DNA of 64,000 nt from Flavobacteriales bacterium (GCA_049616325.1 JBMZHG010000006.1:3846-67845), one strand, 5' to 3'. Positions 8,913 to 17,913 are shown, counted from the first letter of the stretch. Notes: a model not told the origin generated them from the sequence alone. Numbers and translations: made by a program.

Positions 8913-9875
8913 ATGAACACGAGCAACCGGGTGTGCGCCCTGCTGGGCATCGAGTTTCCCATCATCCAGGCCGGGATGGTGTGGTGCAGCGGGTGGGAAC
9001 TTGCGAGTGCCGTGAGCAACGCGGGGGGGCTTGGGATTTTGGGCGCAGGAAGCATGTACCCCGAAGTTCTTCGAGACCAAATCACCAAGGTTCAAGAGGC
9101 GGCTCCCGGCAAGCCGTTTGCGGTGAACGTGCCGCTTCTTTATCCGGCAGTGGAAGAGCACATGGCGAGCATTGTCGAGTTGGGCGTGCCGATTGTGTTT
9201 ACCAGCGCGGGAAACCCCAAGACGTGGACGGCGCACCTGCACGAGCACGGCATCAAAGTCATCCACGTGGTGAGCAGCGTGAAGTTTGCGTTGAAGGCGC
9301 AAGCCGCGGGAGTGGATGCGGTGGTGGCCGAGGGGTTTGAGGCCGGGGGCCACAACGGGCGCGAGGAGACGACGACGATGTGTTTGGTTCCGGCGGTGGC
9401 GGACGCGTGCGACGTGCCGGTCATCGCGGCGGGAGGCCTCCACGACGGCCGCTCGATCCTCGCAGCCATGATGCTCGGCGCGGAGGCGGCGCAGCTCGGC
9501 TCGCGGTTTGTGGCGACGCCGGAGAGTTCGGCGCACGTCGCGTTCAAGGAGGCGGTACTTGCGGCTGGCGAGGGCGCCACGAGCCTCGAATTGAAGGACG
9601 TCACGCCCGTGCGGTTGTTGCACAACGACTTCGCTCGGCAGGTCATCCAAGCGCAGCAGGAGGGGGCCACGGCCGAAGAGCTGCGCGAACTTCTCGGCCG
9701 CGGCCGCGCCAAGCGCGGCATGTTCGAAGGCGACATGAACGAAGGGGAGCTCGAGATCGGCCAAATCGCCGCCATGCTCACCTCCCTCGAGCCGGCAGGC
9801 GACTTGGTGCGTCGTCTCGCGGCGGAGTGCCGTGCCCTCGGGGGGGCAGCGCTGGGGGGTCGGTTCGACTTTTGA
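8913..9875 (+). CDS. nitronate monooxygenase / FabK-like NAD(P)H-dependent flavin oxidoreductase
   Basis: 'LGIEFPIIQAGMVW', 'AVSNAGGLGILG', 'VVAEGFEAGGH', 'PVIAAGG' are hallmarks of the NPD/NMO family. Confidence 0.85.
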   Translation: MNTSNRVCALLGIEFPIIQAGMVWCSGWELASAVSNAGGLGILGAGSMYPEVLRDQITKVQEAAPGKPFAVNVPLLYPAVEEHMASIVELGVPIVFTSAGNPKTWTAHLHEHGIKVIHVVSSVKFALKAQAAGVDAVVAEGFEAGGHNGREETTTMCLVPAVADACDVPVIAAGGLHDGRSILAAMMLGAEAAQLGSRFVATPESSAHVAFKEAVLAAGEGATSLELKDVTPVRLLHNDFARQVIQAQQEGATAEELRELLGRGRAKRGMFEGDMNEGELEIGQIAAMLTSLEPAGDLVRRLAAECRALGGAALGGRFDF

Positions 9876-9882
9876 ATTCCGT

Positions 9883-11682
9883 TCAGGCCTTGGCGCCGTG
9901 AAAATGCACTCGGATCGCGTGTGCGACCTTGAGGTTCACGACCCCGAGCAGGTCTTTTTCTGACGCCTTGGAGATGGCTTGAACGTCGCCAAACGCGGAC
10001 ATCAGGGCGTCTCGGGTCTTGGGGCCCACGCCGGGGATGTCGTCCAGTTCCGAATGAAGGAAGGCCTTGCTTCGGCGCGTCCGGTGGTGCGCCAGCGAGA
10101 AGCGGTGCGCCTCGTTTCGCATGTGCTGAATCACGCGCAGGCTCGGGGAGCGCTTGTCCAAATAGATCGGCGCGCTGTCTCCCGGGAAGTACAATTCTTC
10201 GAGGCGCTTGGCGATGCCGACCACGGCGATTTTGCCGCGCAGGCCCAGTTCATCTATGGCCTCCAGGGCATGTGAAAGTTGGCCCTTCCCGCCGTCGATG
10301 ACCACCAATTGCGGCAAGGACTCGCCTTCGTCGCGCAGGCGCTTGTACCGGCGGTACACCGCCTCCTTCATGCTGGCAAAATCGTCCGGGCCTTCCACCG
10401 TGCGGATGTTGAACTTCCGGTAGTCCCGCTTCGCGGGTTTGCCGTTGCGGAAGACGACGCAGGCCGAGGCCGGATTCGTTCCCTGAATGTTCGAGTTGTC
10501 GAAGCACTCCATGTGCACGGGATGTTCCTTGAGGCGCAGGTCGTGCATCAGGGTCTCCATGAGCCGGTCCTTGGCCGCGTCGGGGTCGACCTGTTCGAGC
10601 TGGGCGTGGCGGTCGCGCATGGCGAACTGGGCGTTGCGCAGGCTCATGTCCAGGAGCTTTTTCTTGTCCCCGCGCTGGGGCACGAGGCATTCCGCGCCAA
10701 GCACCTCGACCTCCGATTGCGTGAGGACGGTTCGGCTCGCGACGTCAAAGCGGTCCCGTATCTGGGGGATTGCGGCCTCGAGCAACTCTTCGTCAGATTC
10801 GTCGAGGCGGCGGCGGAATTCGAGGGTTTGGCCTTGGACGACGGCCCCGTTGTGGATCCGCATGAAATTCACGAACGCCGACTTGGCGTCGCTCACCAGC
10901 CCGTACACCTCCACGTCCGAGACGGTCGGATGGACGACGGTGCTCTTGGCCTGGAACTTGTCGACGGCTTGGAGCTTCAATTTCAGGCGCTCGGCTTCCT
11001 CAAAGCGCAGGTCGGCCGCGGCTTCGTTCATGGCGTCTTTCAGGGCGGCCTTCACCTCTCCGAGGTTGCCTTTCAACACGTGTCGGATGGCGGCAATACT
11101 TTCCAGGTACTCGCGCTCGGTTTGCTTGCCGACGCACGGCCCCATGCAGTTCCCGATGTGGTATTCGAGGCACACGCGAAACTTCCCGCCTGCGATGTTT
11201 TCCTCGGTCAGCGCGAGGCTGCACGTCCGAATGGGGTACAGCTTCTTGCACAGGTCGAGGACCGCGTGCATTGCTTTGACGTTGGAAAAGGGCCCAAAGT
11301 ATTCGCTTCCGTCCTTGCGCACCTGCCGTGTGGGAAAGATGCGCGGGAAGCGCTCCTTCTTCAGCACGATGAACGGGTAGGTCTTGTCGTCCTTGAGTTG
11401 GATGTTGTAGATCGGCTGGTGCTCCTTGATCATGTTGTTCTCGAGGAGCAACGCGTCAGATTCGGTGGCGGTGACGATCCATTTGACGTCCCGAATCTTC
11501 TTCACCAGCAACCGCGTTTTGCCGTTGTGGTCTTGCTTGGTGAAGTAGCTGGCGACGCGCTTTTTCAGGTTTTTGGCCTTGCCGATGTAAAGCAATTTTC
11601 CGTCGGCATCGAAGTGCTGGTAGACCCCCGGTTCGTGGGGCATTCGCTCCAGGAGCGCTTGGATGTGATCGGTGGCGGCCAT
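9883..11682 (-). CDS. uvrC: excinuclease ABC subunit C
   Basis: GIY-YIG 'GVYQHFDADGKLLYIGKAKNLKKRVASY'. UVR domain. C-terminal (HhH)2. 599 aa. Confidence 0.95.
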   Translation of the reverse strand: MAATDHIQALLERMPHEPGVYQHFDADGKLLYIGKAKNLKKRVASYFTKQDHNGKTRLLVKKIRDVKWIVTATESDALLLENNMIKEHQPIYNIQLKDDKTYPFIVLKKERFPRIFPTRQVRKDGSEYFGPFSNVKAMHAVLDLCKKLYPIRTCSLALTEENIAGGKFRVCLEYHIGNCMGPCVGKQTEREYLESIAAIRHVLKGNLGEVKAALKDAMNEAAADLRFEEAERLKLKLQAVDKFQAKSTVVHPTVSDVEVYGLVSDAKSAFVNFMRIHNGAVVQGQTLEFRRRLDESDEELLEAAIPQIRDRFDVASRTVLTQSEVEVLGAECLVPQRGDKKKLLDMSLRNAQFAMRDRHAQLEQVDPDAAKDRLMETLMHDLRLKEHPVHMECFDNSNIQGTNPASACVVFRNGKPAKRDYRKFNIRTVEGPDDFASMKEAVYRRYKRLRDEGESLPQLVVIDGGKGQLSHALEAIDELGLRGKIAVVGIAKRLEELYFPGDSAPIYLDKRSPSLRVIQHMRNEAHRFSLAHHRTRRSKAFLHSELDDIPGVGPKTRDALMSAFGDVQAISKASEKDLLGVVNLKVAHAIRVHFHGAKA

Positions 11683-11718
11683 CGTTGAACGAAGGTAGGT
11701 CGCGCAGTACTTTGCAGC

Positions 11719-12741
11719 ATGGATTTGGTCACGGGTGCAACGGGAATTGTGGGGATGCCATTGGTGGTGAAGCTCCTGTCAAAAGGCCAAACCGTCCGCG
11801 CCCTCCACCGACCTTCGTCCAACCGCGATCGCGTTGAGCAGGCGGTGCGCGATTCTGTTCCTGACGGCCTGTCCCGACTTCACTGGGCCGAGGGCGACAT
11901 CACGGACCCGGACTCCCTGGAAGCGGCTCTCGAAGGCGTGGAGCGGGTGTTTCATTGCGCGGCCCTGGTCTCGTTTCACAAGGCGGACCACGCTGCCATG
12001 CGCGCCATCAACGCCGAGGGAACGGCGAACCTCGTCAACGCCATGCTCCACCTCGGGACGCCCCGCCTCGTTCATGTGAGCAGCGTGGCCGCCCTGGGCC
12101 GAAAGGCCGGCCAACCAACGGACGAATCGACGCTCTTCGAAGAGCAGCCCGGCACCTCTGGGTACGCCCGCTCCAAACACCGTGCGGAGATGGAGGCCTG
12201 GCGCGGCGCCGCAGAAGGGCTTCCGGGAGGCCTTGTGGTCGTCAACCCGACCGTGATTCTCGGTCCGGGCGACTTCCGCCGCAGCTCGGCAGCCCTGTTC
12301 CGTCACATCGACCAAGGCCTCGCTTGGTACCCGTCCGGGAGCGGAGGGTACGTCGGTTCCGTGGACGTGGCGGAGGTGTGCGTTCGGCTCGGCGACAGCG
12401 ACGTCCGGGACGAGCGCTTCGTCCTGTGCGCGGACCACGTGCCGCATCGTGAATTGATGAACCGCGTCGCCAAAGCCCTGGGCCGCCCTGGCCCATCGCG
12501 CCGCGTCCGCCCTTGGATGGCCGCCCTCGCGTGGCGCCTTTTCGCCCTCGCCGAACGCCTCACGGGGCGCCGCTCCATGGCCACCCGCGAGAGCCTTGCC
12601 AGCGCCAGCGAAGACCACCTGTACGACGGGACCAAAATCCTGCGCACCTTCGCCGACCTCGGCCAGCCCTGGAGCTACACGCCCCTTGACGACGTCATTT
12701 CGACGACGGCGCAGGCGTACCGCCGGGAGTTCGGTTCTTGA
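11719..12741 (+). CDS. NAD-dependent epimerase/dehydratase (extended SDR) family protein
   Basis: Rossmann motif 'VTGATGIVG'. 'YARSK' (YxxxK). 340 aa. Confidence 0.85.
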   Translation: MDLVTGATGIVGMPLVVKLLSKGQTVRALHRPSSNRDRVEQAVRDSVPDGLSRLHWAEGDITDPDSLEAALEGVERVFHCAALVSFHKADHAAMRAINAEGTANLVNAMLHLGTPRLVHVSSVAALGRKAGQPTDESTLFEEQPGTSGYARSKHRAEMEAWRGAAEGLPGGLVVVNPTVILGPGDFRRSSAALFRHIDQGLAWYPSGSGGYVGSVDVAEVCVRLGDSDVRDERFVLCADHVPHRELMNRVAKALGRPGPSRRVRPWMAALAWRLFALAERLTGRRSMATRESLASASEDHLYDGTKILRTFADLGQPWSYTPLDDVISTTAQAYRREFGS

Positions 12742-13186
12742 GGTCGCCCACCGAGCTGGCGTCGTCCGGTGCTTTGCCGTCGGCGCGGTTGCTCGCCACC
12801 TCCATGTCTTTCAGCACGTCGACCACGTCCCGAAGCACCCCTTTCATCGCCTCCGGGTGAGCCCACCACCACGCGTGACTCGCCTCAAACGCTTCGGCGC
12901 TCACGCCAGTCCGGTGCCACACGTCGTTGTACGCTTCGGCCAGTTTCACACGCTCGTTGTCGTTGCGGAAGTAGCGCTGGTTGGAGGCGGCCTCCACCAC
13001 CTGAACCTCGGCCAGAACCGCCACAAATTCCGCCCGCGACAAAATGCCTTCGGGCGGTGAGACACGGGCGTCAAGCCCCACCGGTTCGGGAGCACAACCC
13101 GTGGCGAGGACCACCAAGAGTGCGGTCGCCGAGACCCACGAGGAATCAGCGGCTGAATGCCAAACGTTGGCCAACATGGTTTCCAT
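12695..13186 (-). CDS. DUF4296-family lipoprotein
   Basis: Lipobox 'LATGC'. 'ILSRAEFVAVLAEVQVVEAA', 'FEASHAWWWAHPE' match my recollection of DUF4296. Sits downstream of the dihydroorotase-like gene, as in many Flavobacteriia. The exact start (13186 or 13177) is uncertain. Confidence 0.7.
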   Translation of the reverse strand: METMLANVWHSAADSSWVSATALLVVLATGCAPEPVGLDARVSPPEGILSRAEFVAVLAEVQVVEAASNQRYFRNDNERVKLAEAYNDVWHRTGVSAEAFEASHAWWWAHPEAMKGVLRDVVDVLKDMEVASNRADGKAPDDASSVGDLKNRTPGGTPAPSSK

Positions 13187-14525
13187 GTGAAGTGGTGATG
13201 CGGCGGCCGTCCCAAACCTTTGTTCCGTTCACCCACGTTTCGTGAACGCGGCTCTTGAAGGTGTGGCCTTGGAAGGGGGACCACCCGCATTTGGACATGA
13301 CGTTGTCTTCGCGCACCGTCCAAGGATCGTTCGGTTGGACGAGCACGAGGTCGGCCTTCATGCCCGGGCGAATGAATCCGCGATCCGTCATGCGGAAAAG
13401 GCGCGCCACACGGTGAGCCATGAGGTCGGCGACTTTGTCCACCGTCATCAATCCGTCGTGAACAAGGTCGAGCATTGCCACCAGCGCGTGCTGCACGAGC
13501 GGTCCACCGGAGGGCGCTTCGAAGTAACTCCGGGTTTTTTCCTCCTTCGTGTGGGGAGCGTGATCTGTGGCGACGACGTCGATGCGCCCATCCAGAATGG
13601 CCGCCCGAATCTGTTCGCGGTCGGCCGCCGTTTTTACCGCCGGATTCCACTTGATGTGCGTGCCCTTCGCCTCGTAATCGGCGTCGGAAAACCACAGGTG
13701 GTGGATGCAGGCTTCAGCCGTAATGCGCTTGTCTTCGAGCTCTTTGGTGTTGTCAAACAGGTCGAGTTCACGCGCCGTGCTGATGTGCAGGATGTGCAGT
13801 TGTGTGTTGAGCTTCGTGGCCAGTTCCACAGCCTTGGACGAGCTGCGGTAGCAAGCTTCAGCACTGCGGATGATGGGGTGTTGGGCGATGGGAACGTGGG
13901 CCCCATACCGCGCCCTTGCCGCCTTTGCATTGGCGCGCACCGTGGCTTCGTCTTCGCAGTGGGTGGCCACCAGGGTTGGGGCTTCCTTGAAGATGCCCTC
14001 GAGGACCGCCGATTCGTCCACCAACATGTCTCCCGTCGAGGATCCCATGAAGACCTTGATCCCGCACACCCGCGTCGGATCCGTTTTGAGCACTTCGTCC
14101 AAATTGTGGTTGCTCGCCCCCATGAAGAAGCTGTAGTTCACGGGACTTACCTCCGCGGCGCGGTCGTACTTGTCTTGCAACAGCTGTTGCGTCAGGGCTT
14201 GAGGCACCGTGTTGGGCATCTCCATGAACGACGTGATGCCTCCAGCTGCTGCCGCGGCACTCTCCGTGGCGATTTCAGCTTTGTGGGTCAGGCCCGGCTC
14301 TCGAAAGTGCACCTGGTCGTCAATGCACCCCGGCATCAGCCAAAACCCCGTGCAATCCTTCACCTCAGCGGCCTGGACTTGGGCCTGGACTTCCGCGTCG
14401 GCGCTTTGCTCCGCCAACCTCGCGCCGACCGCCACAATGTTCTCACCTTCAATCAAGACGTCTTGCACCTTCACGGCGCCGTCGTTCACCACGTGGGCGT
14501 TTTGGAACAGAATGGCTTGGGGCAT
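13146..14525 (-). CDS. pyrC: dihydroorotase-like cyclic amidohydrolase
   Basis: 459 aa. 'IDDQVHFREPGLTHK', 'MEMPNT', 'HCED', 'HILHIST', 'ATDHAPH'. Note 'QVH' where 'HxH' is expected (see findings). Confidence 0.85.
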   Translation of the reverse strand: MPQAILFQNAHVVNDGAVKVQDVLIEGENIVAVGARLAEQSADAEVQAQVQAAEVKDCTGFWLMPGCIDDQVHFREPGLTHKAEIATESAAAAAGGITSFMEMPNTVPQALTQQLLQDKYDRAAEVSPVNYSFFMGASNHNLDEVLKTDPTRVCGIKVFMGSSTGDMLVDESAVLEGIFKEAPTLVATHCEDEATVRANAKAARARYGAHVPIAQHPIIRSAEACYRSSSKAVELATKLNTQLHILHISTARELDLFDNTKELEDKRITAEACIHHLWFSDADYEAKGTHIKWNPAVKTAADREQIRAAILDGRIDVVATDHAPHTKEEKTRSYFEAPSGGPLVQHALVAMLDLVHDGLMTVDKVADLMAHRVARLFRMTDRGFIRPGMKADLVLVQPNDPWTVREDNVMSKCGWSPFQGHTFKSRVHETWVNGTKVWDGRRITTSHGNHVGQRLAFSR

Positions 14526-14547
14526 TGGGGAGACTGGGGGTTGGGGG

Positions 14548-15279
14548 TTAGGATTTGGGGGGGAAGAAGATGCGTTGGGTGCGCATTTGAAGGACGCCGA
14601 GCAGGGCCTCCCGAAAGATGTTCATGCTCATTTTCGACGTGCCCAATTCGCGGTCCACGAAGGTGATGGGCACCTCCTTGACTTGGTAGCCGTTGCGCTT
14701 GGCGCGGAGTTTCATTTCGATTTGGAAGGCGTAGCCGACAAACTGCACTGCGTCAAGTTGGATCTTTTCGAGCACCTCGCGACGGTAGCACACAAACCCT
14801 GCCGTTGCGTCACGGACGCCCAACCCCAGCATGAGGTTGACGTACAGCGAGGCGCCGTAGCTCAAGATGAGCCGGTTGAGGGGCCAATTGGCGACTCCTC
14901 CCCCTTTAATGTAGCGCGAACCGACTGACATGCCGGCCCCGCCTTCGGCGCAGGGAACGCGCAAACGCACCAAGTCTTCGGGGTCGTGCGAAAAATCGCA
15001 GTCCATCTCGAAGACGTAGTCGTAGCCTTGGGCGAGGGCCCACTTAAACCCTGCGATGTAGGCCGTTCCCAGCCCGAGTTTTCCCTCGCGTTCGAGCAGG
15101 TGGATGCGCTCGGGGTGGGAGGTTGCGGTTTCTTTGACCAAACCCGCGGTGCCGTCCGGGGAACCGTCGTCCACGACCAACACGTCGAACGGAAACGGCA
15201 GGGCCATCACCGTCTCCAGCATCCGAACGACGTTCTCGCGCTCGTTGTAGGTGGGAATGATGACCAAATTGTCGTTCAT
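14548..15279 (-). CDS. GT2 polyprenol-phosphate mannosyl/glycosyltransferase (Dpm1-like)
   Basis: 'IIPTYNERENV', 'VVDDGSPDGT', 'EMDCDFSHDP'. 243 aa. Confidence 0.9.
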   Translation of the reverse strand: MNDNLVIIPTYNERENVVRMLETVMALPFPFDVLVVDDGSPDGTAGLVKETATSHPERIHLLEREGKLGLGTAYIAGFKWALAQGYDYVFEMDCDFSHDPEDLVRLRVPCAEGGAGMSVGSRYIKGGGVANWPLNRLILSYGASLYVNLMLGLGVRDATAGFVCYRREVLEKIQLDAVQFVGYAFQIEMKLRAKRNGYQVKEVPITFVDRELGTSKMSMNIFREALLGVLQMRTQRIFFPPKS

Positions 15280-15298
15280 GACTCCAAGGTACGGCGGT

Positions 15299-16288
15299 TC
15301 ACGTGGTCATGCGGAGCATGTTCAACTCGTCCTGAGTCAGGTGGCGCCAATGCCCTCGAGGCAAGTCCTTTTTGGTCAATGGGCCGTAAACCACACGGTC
15401 GACCTTGACCACCTTGTGACCGAGGTGTTCCCACATTCGGCGTGCAATGCGGCTGCGGTTGCTGTGGATTTCCATGCCGATTTCGTGCGGGTCGTTTTTT
15501 ACAAACGCCACCTCTTTGGCTTTCACGTAGCCTTGGTCCAACACGAAGCCGTCCCGGAGCTTTTCCAAGTCTTCGGGAGAGGCCTTCTTGGCCAAGGTGA
15601 TGTGATACAATTCCCGAAGCGCCACCTTGGGATGGTTCAGGCGTTTGGTGAGTTCACCGTCGTTGGTGAACAGGATCAACCCCGTGCTTTCCTTCTCGAT
15701 GCGGTCGACGGGAAACACACGCTCTTTGCACGCGTGCTTAATGAGGTCGCCCACCGTCCTTCGCCCACTTGCATCGTGTTCAACGCCCAGGAAGTTCTTG
15801 GGCTTGTTCACGAGCACGTAGCGCATGGTTTCTGGTCGAATCGTGTCGCCCTCCACCCGCACCAAATCTGTCGTGGGGTCCACTTTGAATCCGAGTTCGG
15901 TAACCACCTTGTTGTTCACGGTGACGGCGCCTGCGCCAATCATGACGTCGGCCTCGCGGCGAGAACAAATCCCGGCTTGCGCGATGTAGCGGTTGAGCCG
16001 CATCGTGGCCGTGGAGTCCGGCACAGGAGCAAACTTCAGCTTGGGCTTTTCGGCACCGAATCGGCTTCCGGAACGTCCTCCGGGACGGTTGCTCGGCCCG
16101 GCTTGCGGACGGCCGGTGGGCTTGGAATCGGATTTGAAGTTCGGCTTGGCGCCGGGCTTGGAAGGGGACTTGGAGGCGGGGCGTCCTGCGCCGCGTCCGG
16201 GTGAAGGTTTCGCGCTGCTGCCTCCGCGGCGTCCAGCACTTCCCTTGCGGGCGCCTCCTCGGCGGCCTTGGTCAGGGTTGTTTTTCAT
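15299..16288 (-). CDS. rluB: RsuA/RluB-family pseudouridine synthase with S4 domain and a basic low-complexity N-terminal extension
   Basis: S4 'RLNRYIAQAGICSRREAD'. Core 'TGLILFTNDGEL..RL.HP'. ATG 16288 chosen because it gives an ATGA overlap with the yraN stop and has a TACCTTTG box 7 nt upstream. The catalytic motif reads 'DRIE', not 'GRLD'. Confidence 0.85.
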   Translation of the reverse strand: MKNNPDQGRRGGARKGSAGRRGGSSAKPSPGRGAGRPASKSPSKPGAKPNFKSDSKPTGRPQAGPSNRPGGRSGSRFGAEKPKLKFAPVPDSTATMRLNRYIAQAGICSRREADVMIGAGAVTVNNKVVTELGFKVDPTTDLVRVEGDTIRPETMRYVLVNKPKNFLGVEHDASGRRTVGDLIKHACKERVFPVDRIEKESTGLILFTNDGELTKRLNHPKVALRELYHITLAKKASPEDLEKLRDGFVLDQGYVKAKEVAFVKNDPHEIGMEIHSNRSRIARRMWEHLGHKVVKVDRVVYGPLTKKDLPRGHWRHLTQDELNMLRMTT

Positions 16289-16725
16289 GGTGGCGCAAAG
16301 GTACGACGGAGGTTTCTGGTTCGCGCACCGGGTCGAGGCGGGTGCGGGAGGCACGCGTCGAAGGCGCCTTCGACGTGCCGAATCACCGTCACAGGGGTCA
16401 CGTCCGGACGGACCAGAACGACGTCAAAACGGCACGCTGCAGTGACGGAACCGCACCCCCGGAGGTAGGCATGTGCGGCGCGAACGATCCGGCGCTGCTG
16501 CGCTTGGGACGGCATCCAATGCCGCGAATCGAGGTCAGTACCGCACCCGGACCGGGCCTTCACCTCGAGGAACACGACGGTGTCTCCGAACCGTGAAATC
16601 ACGTCGATTTCTGCCCGGCGCCATCGCCAGTTCCGCGCCAAAATCCGGTGCCCCAAGGACTTCAAAAATTTCACAGCGCAGTCTTCCGCTCGGCGGCCAG
16701 TCCAGGTGCGGCTTTCCAAAACCAT
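16285..16725 (-). CDS. yraN: YraN-family (UPF0102) endonuclease-like protein
   Basis: 'GRRAEDCAVKFLKSLGHRILARNWR..RAEIDVI......VVFLEVKAR' is the typical YraN core. Start taken at ATG 16725. Confidence 0.85.
   Translation of the reverse strand: MVLESRTWTGRRAEDCAVKFLKSLGHRILARNWRWRRAEIDVISRFGDTVVFLEVKARSGCGTDLDSRHWMPSQAQQRRIVRAAHAYLRGCGSVTAACRFDVVLVRPDVTPVTVIRHVEGAFDACLPHPPRPGARTRNLRRTFAPP
16296..16303 (-). promoter_or_regulatory. perfect TAnnTTTG box (TACCTTTG), 7 nt upstream of the rluB ATG, inside the yraN 3' coding end
   Basis: Reverse complement of 16296-16303 is TACCTTTG. The same 8-mer sits just upstream of the rseP and gltX start codons. Confidence 0.4.
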
Positions 16726-16792
16726 GCCGCAACGATCGGGCCGTTCATTCGCCGCTTTCCATGAAACTTCACGGCCGTTGGCCGCGTGTTGA

Positions 16793-17659
16793 TCAGCGCA
16801 GCACCAAGTCGGTCGTGCCAATCACAGTCGGGCCTTCCAGCACCTCGACAAGGTATGTGCCGGCACGCAACGCCTCCGCTCCATCAGGGCTGGCATAGAA
16901 AATGCAGGCGTCGAGCCGCTCCCGGGCGTAGTCCACGGTGCGAGACGCGCTGAACTCCGTGCCTCCTTCGTCGTCCGGCAAGACGTTCCCGGCGTCGTCC
17001 GTGATTCGCAAGCGCAGGACCTTGTCCCCGACCGGGGCGATGCGGTTTTCCAGAAGGATGAAGCACACCCGGAGCATGTCGCTCCGGTCGGCCCGATCCG
17101 TGTCGCGCTGACGGCCCGACGAAAGAACACGCACGCCCGTGGGAAGAAGTTCGGCGACTTGGAGGGTTTGGCCTGCCTCCAGCATTTCTTCCATGTTTTC
17201 CTGGCGCTCCACAAGCTCCGCGTTTTCTTGCGACACCGCCTCCATTTCCTCTTTCATCGCGAGGTTTTCGTCGAGCAAGGCCAAATTCATCTGGTTCAGC
17301 GAATCAATCGTGGCGATGTACCCCTTCATGATGCTTCGAAGGGTCTCGGCTTCTTTCTTGAGGCGCGCCACCTCCCAGTAGCCGTTCTTGACCTTGGTGA
17401 GAAGCCCGTCGATGCGCTCCTGCTGCGCGGCGAGTTCCGCGAGCATCATCGTGTTTTCCGTTTCGAGCGTGTCGTAGGAGAAGCGCATTTTCTCCAAATC
17501 AAGAATCAGCTGATCTTTCTCCAGCGTCAACTCGGCGTTGTCTCCCGTCAGCATGCGCACGGCGCCGTTGCGGTCGGAAAGCTGATAGCCGAGATAGGCT
17601 ACGGCGAGAAGGAGGGTGGCGACGACAAGGAGCCACGTTTTTTGGGACATTTCAGGCAT
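16793..17659 (-). CDS. membrane-anchored coiled-coil protein, function unknown
   Basis: N-terminal TM 'TWLLVVATLLLAVAYLGY'. About 150 aa are heptad-like and rich in E, L and M. The C-terminal about 110 aa look beta-rich. Confidence 0.7.
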   Translation of the reverse strand: MPEMSQKTWLLVVATLLLAVAYLGYQLSDRNGAVRMLTGDNAELTLEKDQLILDLEKMRFSYDTLETENTMMLAELAAQQERIDGLLTKVKNGYWEVARLKKEAETLRSIMKGYIATIDSLNQMNLALLDENLAMKEEMEAVSQENAELVERQENMEEMLEAGQTLQVAELLPTGVRVLSSGRQRDTDRADRSDMLRVCFILLENRIAPVGDKVLRLRITDDAGNVLPDDEGGTEFSASRTVDYARERLDACIFYASPDGAEALRAGTYLVEVLEGPTVIGTTDLVLR

Positions 17660-17913
17660 GGGACGCAGAATGGAAAAAAGTCAAACCAATTTGAAAACAG
17701 CACGCGTTGACACATGCGAAATCCATGCCAAAGATGGCGTCTATCAACACGTCGATACGGGGTTTGGGGTGAAGTTCACCACCCCTGCGTTGTTGGAAAC
17801 TCCCTAGAGAGCGCGAATCTCCGCCTTGCTTCACGTATCTTTTGAATCGGATGCAACGAACGAGGCGCATTCGACGACCTGAACCTGATTGTTCTGCAAC
17901 CAAATCTGACCGC

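Noticed and set aside
7965-9764. 599-aa minus-strand ORF opposite the GT4 and nitronate monooxygenase genes
   Set aside because: Antisense shadow. The composition is dominated by R, H, P and A, with no motifs. The sense-strand genes carry family signatures.
10279-11688. 469-aa plus-strand ORF opposite uvrC
   Set aside because: Antisense shadow of uvrC, which has unambiguous GIY-YIG/UVR/HhH features.
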